A DNA stretch of 64,000 nucleotides from Hamiltosporidium tvaerminnensis FI-OER-3-3 (taxonomy: Eukaryota; Fungi; Microsporidia), in NCBI GenBank assembly GCA_022605425.2, contig CM061252.1:124001-188000 (forward strand). Direction: 5' to 3'. The notes below the pieces were generated by a model. That model was not told where the DNA came from and did no database searches. It saw nothing but the letters and a program-made list of their open reading frames with translations. Within the stretch, counting starts at the first letter, position 1. Each line of letters opens with the position of its first letter. The position numbers were made by a program, and so were the translations under genes. Below are positions 38,498 through 48,992 of this stretch, piece after piece.

Positions 38498-40634
38498 TCA
38501 GCTCCTAAAATTAGCAAAAACCTCAGGAAAGTTATAACCATCAATATAAAACGGACACTTCACACCACAGTAAATAACACCATCACCTTCTTTCTTAGAA
38601 CACAATTCACTTATAAATTTTTCTAAAATATTTTTAAACTTCTCATTATCATAAAACGTACAAAACACAACAGTATCTCTTATTGTTACCATACTTATAT
38701 CGAAATTCCACACCCTTTTAAAATATTTTAATATTTCAGATAATTTACAGTCACCAAATACAAAGCTATTCCAAAGAGTAAAGGTAATAGTATTAACAGG
38801 GTGTAAGATATTAGTAGTATAATTAACACCCGCTAGTCGATTACTGTCACTAACACCCTCTAATCCATTACTGTTACTAACACCCTCTAATCTATCTCTA
38901 TCATTAACACCCTACTCTCTGCTATCACACCTAAACATCTCACATTCCATCTTCTCTGCCTCAATAACATCTGTACCCCCTATAAACGAAAGTCCTAAAT
39001 TAAAATACCAATTCTTATACCCATTACCATATAAAACATATCTAATCATTTCTAAAACACATAACCCTGATATAACAGATGTAGTAGTTGCTATTGCTGG
39101 TATTATACGACCTGCTATACCTTTTACTGTTAATTTAGATACTTCTTTTATTTTATAATTACGTGCTCTTAAATTAGCACATGCATATATGAAATCTATA
39201 TGACCATTACTATCATTATCCTTCTCAAGAGTAACAGGGTGAAGAGTAATTATATTATCAGTATTGTTAGTAGAGGGGGTGTTAGTGTGTAAGGTATTTG
39301 GTGTATGATTAAAGGGGTGTTGTTCATTACTACTGTTATTAAAAGGGTGTTGTTTATTTAGACTGTTACTAACACCCTGTTGTCCATTACTACTGTCATT
39401 AACACCCTTTATATTATTGCCCTTATGATTAACACCCTTTATATTAGTTCCCCTGTCATTAACACCCTTTACATTAGTATCCTTGTCATTAACACCCTCT
39501 AACATACTTTTATCATACATCCCCTCTCTTATTATATCCTCCACCTCCTGATAACTAACACCTTCTCCATTATCCTCACTTTCTAATCCCTTTATCCCAT
39601 ACACACTACTTATAACCCTACAATAACTCTGAACAAACAACACATGTAAACAATCATCCTTATTAAAAATAAAAGGTAAAGGTGGTCTCTTAGGCGGTAC
39701 CCAAAAAGGTTGTCCTTCCCCTGTTACATGTCCAACAGGAAATGTTTCTATAAGTGTCTTAATATTTATATAAAAATACTTATTAAATAAAATAACACCT
39801 TCTCTTACACATTCATATATATTCTTAGGTATACTACTTACTAACACCCTTATATCTTCACCAATAGCAACACTCTCAGTACTAAGATTATCATGGGTAG
39901 GGATACTAGTATGTGGGGTGTTATTAGTGGGTATAGTATTAACAGGGTGTTGTTTATTAGTACTGTCATTAACAGGGTGTTGTTTATTAGTACTGTCATT
40001 AACAGGGTCTTGTCCCATATCCTTATAACTATCACCCTTATAATTACTACTACTGTCCTTATCACCCTCTAATTTACTATCCCTATAATTATCACCCTTT
40101 ATATACTCACTTATACTAATAATCTTCTCTTCAAAATTACTCTTAAACTCACTCAATGCCCACTCTATTGTATGTTCAATACAATGAGGAAAATTACGTA
40201 TAGTACATAACGGTATACTCTTATCAGGTGGATCTCTACTACTACTATAACTCTCTGTCTTATAAGGTATTACTACTTGTACATTACCTTTAGTACCTAA
40301 TGTACCACTTTCAAATAAAGGTATTTTATTCGTAATACATCTTTTATCTACATACAGTCTAGCTTCTATATTATCTAAAGCATTTACTACTAAAGAGGTG
40401 TTAGTAAGAAAAGCATCAGAGAATACAGACTCAGTCTCTTTACCTTCTTTAAGGGGGAGATGTAGAATATTATTATAAGTAAGATTGTTGGTAGATGGGG
40501 TAGTATTGCCATTATTTGTTGTATTATTGTTAGTATTGTTTAGGGTTAGAAATAGTATTTTACTATTATTAGTAATAGAATTACTTAATGTTAGATTTAG
40601 GTATATTATTATCCATACTATTATTGTCTACCAT
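38498..40634 (-). pseudogene. UBA1: Ubiquitin-activating enzyme E1 (Uba1), C-terminal half only, with a frameshift near the start and one in-frame TAG
   Basis: Frame upstream of the ORF track reads VVNALDNIEARLYVDKRC..ESGTLGTKGNVQVVIP..SYSSSRDPPDKSIPLCTIRNFPHCIEHTIEWA (catalytic Cys 40205-40207). Then FW.PPKRPP, EKDNDSNGHIDF, NLRARNY, IAGRIIPAIATTT. UFD-like tail stays in frame after TAG at 38912-38914. CCC motif plus ATG at 40634. Confidence 0.9.
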
Positions 40635-40699
40635 TATTTTGGGTTGAAGGGAAAAAGTTGACAGCTAAAATATTAAAAATGAAAAAATAAATGCTGTAA

Positions 40700-43600
40700 A
40701 CAACTCGGAATCGGTTTAAAAGAAATAGAAACGTTTCGTAGAGATGTATTTACGATATTCGAGAGGCTTCCACCACAAAAAGCTATACATACCTTGCTCA
40801 TTTATCATTAAGCAATAGTTTCCAGGCTACTCCAGTCTGCTCGTAAGACACCATGCCTTCATCTTTATGTCTCAATTCGCCTGCGTTTATACCAGCCAAC
40901 ACAATGGTAAACCTCCATGCACCTGGTATTCTAGAAGGAAATCGACTGCTAGCATTGCATTCAATACTTGACTATGTCACAGCGTAGAGCAGGAATGGCC
41001 TAGATCTGCTATTTTAGCAGTGTAAAAAAGGCTTGATAGAATGCCTAGAAATGGCTGGTCTGCAATTCTAAGGTACTATAATGGGAAATTTGGTCGAACT
41101 GGTGATATTGATTGTGTTAAAAAAATAGCACAAAACGAGGCAGAAAGAAAATAGGGCAAGAAGAGAATGGCAAGCGACGTAGAATCTTAACTCTCCTATA
41201 GTCATGTTATATAACAAACACTATGCTATAAATTAACTTTTGATATAATTTCTTGCATTAAATCAGGACGATTTCGCGAGAAGGAAATCGGAGATATAGT
41301 AGTCTGAACTAGAAAACTTTTGGGCGAATTGGTTGATAGTAAAGTTTTAACCTCATAAATTGGATCACAGGTATATATGCTGAATGTCAATGTGCCTAAG
41401 AAAGTTAGTGATGCAGCTCGAATCATCCAGGCGGTTCAGGTATGCTATGACGAGGTGGGTGGTAAGCTAAACCTAGATCCTCTTGGAAGGAAAGTATGAA
41501 AAGTAAAATTTCTAAGTTAGTACTTTCCAAAGATCTCCTCGAGAAGGTTCGCAAGCATGGAAAGGCTCTCGAATTCGGAAAGCGAAAAGTCCTCAGAAAA
41601 ATTATGCGAGAGTTTAATTTAGACTTAAGCCAAATAAATGATCTCTAGGCTTTGGTTAAGAAGAATAAATCTTTGAATGTTTATGAGAAGAAAGTTACAA
41701 TATACGAAAGTAGGAAGCAATTCCGAAAAGAGAATCATATGTTTTAGTTATTCTAAGGTCGATATTATCGTGGGTTATCTGAGCGCGTTGAATCTGAGCA
41801 TGTAGGTAAATCGTGACGAAATTTCAGGATTTGGTCTACAATGTGGAGCAAAAATGATAAAGTAGTTACGTACGATGCGTATTTAATACATTTCGTGTCA
41901 AATAAGCAGCAAAACGTTTCCTTTACTTGAAGAGTTTATAAATATCATCAATTGGCTACCTAACCTGGAAAGCTGCTGGAATTGATGGTATTCATAACTT
42001 TTACATCAAGAATCTACGAGCCTTGATAATATATTTACTATATTGTGAAAGTCATATGTTTAGAAGATAAAGACATTAAGCCGACTGGTATTATTGTGAC
42101 TTACTTATCTGATACCTACAGGTATCATATCAGAGTATTCGACAACGATCAATAGCCTGTATGTCAAACCTAATAAACATTACGACAAAATGCATAAAAA
42201 AGTCAGTCAGCTTGATGTGGAAGAACGAGTTTAGTTTCTGACAACTAGTATATTGCGGTTAGGATGTGGAAGGAGTGAAAGTGTAGTCGCTATTGAATGT
42301 TGCTATTTATAAAGACTACGAAAACAATACTTAAGGCAACATGGATTGGTGTCAACAAAGCTTATGATTGGAAGATTCATACTTATTTAACTCAATGCAT
42401 GGAAAACCGGAATTTATCTGATTTGATCCTAAAATTTATTGAGGTAACTTATATCAAAATGGAAAATTGATATATTAGTAAGGCCTGTAAAAATCATGAG
42501 CAAGAAGAATGATAGAGGAATTCTGCAAATAGAATAGTCTGTCACCATTGTTGTTTTTATTGCGTATGGATCCATTGAATCATAAGCTTAATGAGAAATG
42601 TACAAAGTTACAATAAAGACAGATGCAGAATTCTACTTTCTAATCATCTCTATATTGATAATCTTAAGCTGCCTTGCCAAAGAAAGGCAGACATTGTAAG
42701 AAATGACATGAAGAAGTTAAAAAGCTTGTGAATTTATAAGATTCGAAATTACAAAGAGAATTCAGTCACTAATGATCTATGTTGTGAAGCTACTGATACT
42801 CTTCTTGGAGAAATAGGTGTTTAGAAATACATTGGAATTATAGAAGATAGCAGAGGAATTCCAACAGTTAAGTCGTATGAGGAAGTACAGACTAAACTTA
42901 TAGCACGAGTAGAAAGACTTTGTCGCACGAGATTAAATACAATAAATTTATTTCAAGCCATGTATCAACATGCAATTTTTTTACTAAACCACCATATAGG
43001 TGTACTCCGACTAGAACCGACCGACCTCTCTAAGTTAGATGATGCGGTGCGTGCAGTGTTAGTAAAGAACAAAATACATCTACGCCCCGGATGCAAAGAA
43101 CGTCTACAACTTCCACGTAAAGAACTTAGAAGAGGTTTACATAGTTCAAATTCGAAAGCGAACATATGCTTTCAACTCTTGGATTGTCTAAAAAAACATA
43201 AAGATACATCGACCAGGAGAGCACCAATCCTAAAGGTTGAGAATAATAATAAACCCCACCTTTCACTAATTAAAATTTTTTAAAAATAAAATACGAGTTT
43301 GAAGAGGAAGTCACCAAAATGAAATTGGAAGAAGCTCGACTAGCTAAGCTATATAATGGAATCACAAACCGAAAACTACATTCAAAGTTATATAGCGCTA
43401 AAAATAACCAGCTGGTAAGTGTAAATGACTCCTCAAGATGTTAAAGAAAGGAAGTGTAAGACCACGTGAATGAAGCAGTGTTCTGTTATATCCAGGATAT
43501 AAATCTATTCTGGGGTGCAGAAGGTATGTGTCAACACTGCAACCAGTCTAGGAAAACAGTTGATCACTTAGCAACGAGATGTGAAAAAATGCTTGGTCAT

Positions 43601-44398
43601 GACTATACTAGACGACATAATTAAGGGGTACAATGTATACATTAACTCTTGCTGAATGAATATAAGTTTAAGTCTTCGAAACGAATTAGAAGCCACTCAG
43701 TTCAAGAAATTCTTCATAAAGAATATTCAGAGATAAGAGTAAAGACCAGAATAAAAACTAATGTGAAGATTCGGTGTAACAGACTAGATATATTTATTTT
43801 AGACAAGAGACAGAATAGAATAACTCTCATTGAAGTAGGAATCACATCCCAAGACTCTCTTCAAATAGTTGAAACAGAGAAGCTTAGGAAGTATGACCTA
43901 TTAGCAAATGAGTTAGGTCTTATTTATTTATGCAGTGTAGAGATAATTCCTTATGTGATGACCTGGGACGGTATTGGGACAAATACCATAAGACGTATAT
44001 TAAGAGACTGCAAATACCCATGAATGTATAGGCATATATATAATCCATAGTACTCAGGAAGACATTCGAAACAATTTCATTTGATCGACGAAGAGGACTT
44101 GAGTCTGGACAAAATGCCGAGGAGAGCTGGGAGAAAGCATCATTAAGTGTTATTTTAAAAGCCGAGATGCATAAACAACCAATACTCCCTTTAAAGCAAG
44201 TAGACAACGAGGAAGATGATGTTAAAACGGAAAATACAAAAAATACTTTACCCCTTATTTTAGACGGCATAACCACTGTGAAGGAACCGATGATAAATAT
44301 TAACGAATATTCGGAGTTGGAGGAAGAAATAGAAGTGGTTGAAATGGTGGAAAGAATTATTTAGAAAAGAGAAAAATTTGTTAACCCAGAATTTTATT
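40700..44398 (+). mobile_element. Near full-length, degenerate RLE-type non-LTR retrotransposon (same family as 1-2388)
   Basis: WKAAGIDGIHNFYIK (~41966-42010), decayed RT collinear with copy 1, CQHC..DHLATRC knuckle, IEVG/KLRKYDLL, terminus TAACCCAGAATTTTATT. 5' boundary approximate. Confidence 0.9.
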
Positions 44399-44563
44399 AA
44401 ATAATATATTTTACATCAGATTCATGAATAAATTTAAGCAAAATTTTAAATGAAAATCTCATATATAATGAAACTTCCGTTTATATTTTCATTTTTAGAA
44501 CCAGAATGAAGGTAAAGACATAAACATATTTTTACAATACGATGTAATTTTAAATTTTAATTA

Positions 44564-45280
44564 AATAAAATTCTGGGTTAAAACTTTTTGTATAATTTTG
44601 ATATATTTTCTTTACCTCTTTTTAAGTTCTGTCTCTTCTTCTAAATTTGAATCTTTACTTATGTTTCTCGTCCGTTCCCCTAACGTGGTTCCATCCTTTT
44701 GAAATAAGGTTTGTAATATTTTTGCTTTTATTTCTTTACCATTATCTTGTTCATCGCTGGCTTGTTTTAAAGAGGTGTTGGTTTCCCATGCATCTCAGAT
44801 CTCATAATATCAACCTATTGACGCTTTTTCCCGGCTCTCTTCGCATTTAGTCTCAATTCAAGTCATCTTCGTCGATCAAAAGAAATTGTTTCAACTGTCT
44901 TCTTAAGTACTTATCTTTTGAATATTGGACTCTAAATTTATGGCCATTTGTAGACTTTTATGTTGAATTTAATGTTTTTTGTCACAATACCGTCCCAGGT
45001 CATCAGATAAGAAATTATCTCGACACTAAATTTATAAATGAGACTTTAATAATTTGATTCTGAGTCATACTTCCTAAGCTTATCTATTTCAACCTTTTGA
45101 AAAGATTCTTGGGATGTGATTCCTACTTCAATGAGTTTTATCATATTCTTCTTTTTATCTAAAATAAATATGTCGGGTCTGTTATTCCGAATTCTAAAAT
45201 CAGTTTTATTTCCGGTGTTTACTCTTATCTCCGCATACTTAATATCAAGAATTTATTTAACTGAATGAATTTTAATTGTT
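44564..45280 (-). mobile_element. 5'-truncated RLE non-LTR copy (endonuclease and 3' end), tail-to-tail with the preceding copy
   Basis: Reverse complement contains RNNRPDIFILDKKK..LIEVGITSQ, TWDGIVT and the TAACCCAGAATTTTATT terminus. Confidence 0.88.
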
Positions 45281-45349
45281 TCTTATTGCAATATCTTACT
45301 ATTCATTTTAAAAAATTTTCTTAGGATTTCAAGCCATTCAAAATAAAAA

Positions 45350-46073
45350 CACTATATCTAAAAAATATCTCATATTTTCAAATCAAAGGCAAGTGTTATA
45401 TTTGTCTCGATGACATTGATACGTTCTAGGTTTAATATATATAACTGCTATCTCAACACTCCATCGGTATCCCCTGAGATACATACATCCCAAAGCATTT
45501 CATCTAAAAGGTGTTTAGAACCAAATTAATGGCGAGGCAGTTGCTCGGTGTTCTTTAATGTCTGTTACTTGGAGTTTGATTGAAGCCTTAAGCCCATCCT
45601 GGGTTCCTCAAGACTATGCAGCATTCCTACTTACTCTAAATTACCTAACCCAATAAACTTCTAGCTAAGATATATTTCAAGGGCCTACGGGGGTTTATTT
45701 AGACAGTGAAATGTCATATTAACTGGTAAAACCAGCTACTTAGCTCGCCCGGATTCAAATGTTTTTATATTCTATATCTCCTAGGCTCTGGGCCTTCTGA
45801 CTCGAGTGAGCAAGGCTAGATTTCCATGCTTTTACATGGCGGTTACCCACATTTTCAGCTGCAGTCTTCGATCTGGTTACATAAAAAACTACAAAATTAA
45901 TTTCTGTAAAAAATTTCTCCATTTCATAGACTTACCCCATACAAATCCTAAGGAACAACCGAAAATATAGTGTGGTTTTATTTACACCAAAAATCCAACC
46001 AAAGATCTTCACAACTGCTTCATATAGCTATTGCCAATCAGAAAGTTTTTTTGTGATTTTCCTCCCTCCACTG
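45350..46073 (-). repeat. ~730-bp dispersed non-coding element, copy C
   Basis: Collinear with copy A; flanked by TTCAAAATAAAAA (45337-45349) and TTCAAATTAAAAA (46074-46086), a possible 13-bp TSD with one mismatch. Confidence 0.9.
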
Positions 46074-46147
46074 TTCAAATTAAAAAATATTTTAATTCAA
46101 TATTTTAAAAAAAATTTAATCTTTATAACTAAAACCCCCTTAGATAG

Positions 46148-46621
46148 ATGGCAACAGTGGGCAATGAAAGTATTTTAGAACCAGATTCTGAAGAAGAAGA
46201 ATATGTTTATAAATTAAGTGATATCAACAATGAAATCATAGAAAAATTCAAAAACAATCCTTTAAGTCGATCAGAACATATATTCCCAAAAGAATCACTT
46301 TTATCCCAAGTATTACCATCTTGTTATACCGAATTCGCACCAATATCACCAAAAATAGAATTACTTCATGAAGAAACATTATTTTATATTTTCTATTCGT
46401 TCAATGATGAAAACCTACGACTTCAAGCATTTAATACACTTATAAAGAAGAATTATTTATATTCTTCTAAAATTAACTGCTTTGTTTTAGCAACTAAAAA
46501 TATACCAGATAATTCCAAAAAAAATATTTTGATTTTTGATCCACTCAAATGGGAAAAAGTCATGAAAGAAATAATTTATGATGAAGAATTTGTAAATTCA
46601 TTAAAAGCTTCTATTGAGTAA
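46148..46621 (+). CDS. CCR4-NOT complex NOT2/NOT3/NOT5 (NOT-box) protein
   Basis: LHEETLFYIFYS..LQAFNTLIKKNY..FDPLKWE NOT-box motif; CCCCC motif upstream of ATG. Confidence 0.85.
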   Translation: MATVGNESILEPDSEEEEYVYKLSDINNEIIEKFKNNPLSRSEHIFPKESLLSQVLPSCYTEFAPISPKIELLHEETLFYIFYSFNDENLRLQAFNTLIKKNYLYSSKINCFVLATKNIPDNSKKNILIFDPLKWEKVMKEIIYDEEFVNSLKASIE

Positions 46622-47454
46622 ATAAATGTATTATATTTAAAATCCGTTCCTTATTATATTTAAGGAGGAATGTACCCGATTCATATTTTTGCGCCATTAA
46701 ATTTAAAGTTTTTATTATTTCTTGTCTCTATATATTGGTTATAATGACCAGCATTTACTGATTTTTTAGTTTCCTTTGAAAAAAAATTGTTTTTATCTTA
46801 AATATTAGTCCATTTTCTTTAAATTTATGATATTAATAATGCACAAAAAAAGTTTAATTTCTTTTATTGTTTTTTTCTTATAATTATGCAAATAAATGCC
46901 ATTCAAAAATGATAATAAGCACCTTAAATATATGTCATTCGACTATATTTACAGTATATTAAACAAAAAGTCTAGATTTTCATTCTAATATATCCATTAA
47001 TACAATTAAAATTATCAAATGAATTCTAAATACCTAAAAATTAATTTATTTTTTTATTTTAAAATTTAAGTAAATATAAGGAAGATGAACAGGTAAAGAA
47101 CAAAAAAGATAGAGAATAAAACTTAACAATAAAAATAACCTTAATAATCTAAAATATATTATTTGCAGCGAATAATCTAAATATTATAATTAAGTTATCT
47201 ATTTAAAATACTTAATTTTAATCAGTGATTCCAATAACAAAACAGTAGATAATTTGGGGACTTGATGTGAAAAAATACTCGACCATAACTACACCAGACG
47301 ACATTATGTTGTGGTTAGATGCCAGAACCTTCTTTATGTAAATAAATGTAAATTTAAGTTATCACAAAAGGAATAATCACCAGAATGCGTTTATAAAAAA
47401 GACCCAACTAATTTGCCGATAGCTCATAACTCCTAAGTTTTTCAAATTCAACAA

Positions 47455-47585
47455 TTTGAAGTAAATCTCGGGAAGTGAACCCTACTTCATTTGGGTGATC
47501 TTATTTCGCCTCTTGTCTAAAATGAATAATCAGATCGATTATTTCGAATCGTAGCATCACTTTTATTCTGGTTTCTACTTATATA
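47455..47585 (-). mobile_element. Small internal fragment of the RLE endonuclease region
   Basis: Reverse complement resembles ATTTTAGACAAGAGGCGAAATAAGATCACC..GAAGTAGGG..CACTTCCCGAG, as at ~1785-1845. Confidence 0.65.
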
Positions 47586-47647
47586 AAGTAAATCAAAATA
47601 TTTTTTTTCTATTTTTAGAAAATAATTTACTGTGTTTTAAACTGATA

Positions 47648-48373
47648 TGTGAGGCCGAGATTATTCATTCTAAATATCATCTGCATGGCAATAATTGAAT
47701 ATAATTTGTATAAGAATCATCGTTTGAATTTTTGATTAGATGAAAATTCGATAACATTTTCAGTCATTCACCAGAATTCGTATAGGGATGAAAAGATCTA
47801 CAAAATGGTTATTTTTTCTGCAAAGAATTTTGTAGTATGCTATGTAATTAAATTTTGAGTCTGCGACTAAAGTTTTAGGTAATTGGTGCATAAAAGTATA
47901 GAAATCTAGCCTTTCTCGCATGAATTAGAAGACTTAGAGCTCGAATTATACAAAAAAAACCCATACTTTAAAAAGTTAAGAAAACTAAGTAGCAGGTTAT
48001 ACATGTCGGTATGACATGGCAACATCAAAAGAAAGGAAACCCCATACAATTCCTCTAGATATATCTTTGCTGGAAGTTTATGAGTTCTGAAAAAGCAATT
48101 ACGTACAAATGTAATAGTTTTTTTTTGTGGAAGGGGATACAAAGTTGATTTTTTGCTCTGATCATACACCGAGAAACATATATAAGTAATACTTGGCAAG
48201 CACCTCAGATATTAAATATTTCTACGTCTTTTTACTAAAATTTTAAGATTAAAGTATCCAAAAGCCACCGATGTAATCTCGAGGAGATGTCATATAAAAA
48301 CCTAGAATCGCATTTATGGTATGAAAAATATAAAAATGCTATTTATATAAAGCGAAATAATATTTATAAAATA
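47648..48373 (+). repeat. ~730-bp dispersed non-coding element, copy F (most diverged)
   Basis: Collinear blocks TCTGCATGGCAAT, GAAATCTAGCCTT, TTAGAAGACTTAG, CTAAGTAGCAGGTTATA, GGTATGACAT, AAACCTAGAA, AAATAAA. Confidence 0.75.
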
Positions 48374-48482
48374 AAAAAAATGTAAATTGCTAAGAAAATA
48401 TTCGAATGTTTTTATTTTAAAACTCACATATTTCTTTAGTTTGTTTCTGTAAAATTTTATGATTAAAAAATCCTTCCAAACA

Positions 48483-48660
48483 TCAATACTTAAAATTACA
48501 TTTCTTCTCTTGAACTTATTAGAATATATTATAATATTTTAAAGTAGCATTATTTTCTTTCTTCTATAATTCAATACTTAAAATTACATTTCTTCTCTTG
48601 AACTTATTATTGGAATATATTATAATATTTTAAAAATACTTATTTTCTTTCTTCTAAAAT
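48483..48660. repeat. Tandem duplication of ~88 bp overlapping the 3' end of the 48640-48876 gene
   Basis: tcaatacttaaaattacatttcttctcttgaacttatt...tattttctttcttcta occurs at 48483 and 48571. Confidence 0.9.
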
Positions 48661-48876
48661 TTTATCTAATTTTTTATTGAATTCTTCTAACCGTTTTATT
48701 AACTCCTTCTGATCTTCCAAATCTTTATCAAAATATTCATGTATTTTAATTATATTATCATAACATATATCATAACTCACATCCAAACTGTCACTATCAG
48801 CCAACTTGATAGGTGTATCTGTTTCAGAACTCAACAACGAAAGAGACAGGTCATCATCACTTATTGTATGAGGCAT
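48640..48876 (-). CDS. Small acidic/coiled-coil hypothetical protein, 78 aa
   Basis: ATG preceded by a GGG motif; Ser/Asp-rich N-terminus and heptad C-terminus; divergent from the CAP-Gly gene across 116 bp. Confidence 0.6.
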   Translation of the reverse strand: MPHTISDDDLSLSLLSSETDTPIKLADSDSLDVSYDICYDNIIKIHEYFDKDLEDQKELIKRLEEFNKKLDKILEERK

Positions 48877-48992
48877 ACCCTTATTTTAAAAAAGGGAATT
48901 TTATTTCTAAAAAATATGAGTTGGTTATATTTTGTGTAATTTATAGAATTTAAAACATAAATTTAAAGAAGGCCAGATAATATTAAACCCTT

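Noticed and set aside
39850-40065. 71-aa alternate-frame ORF in Uba1
   Set aside because: By-product of the 30-bp repeat insert.
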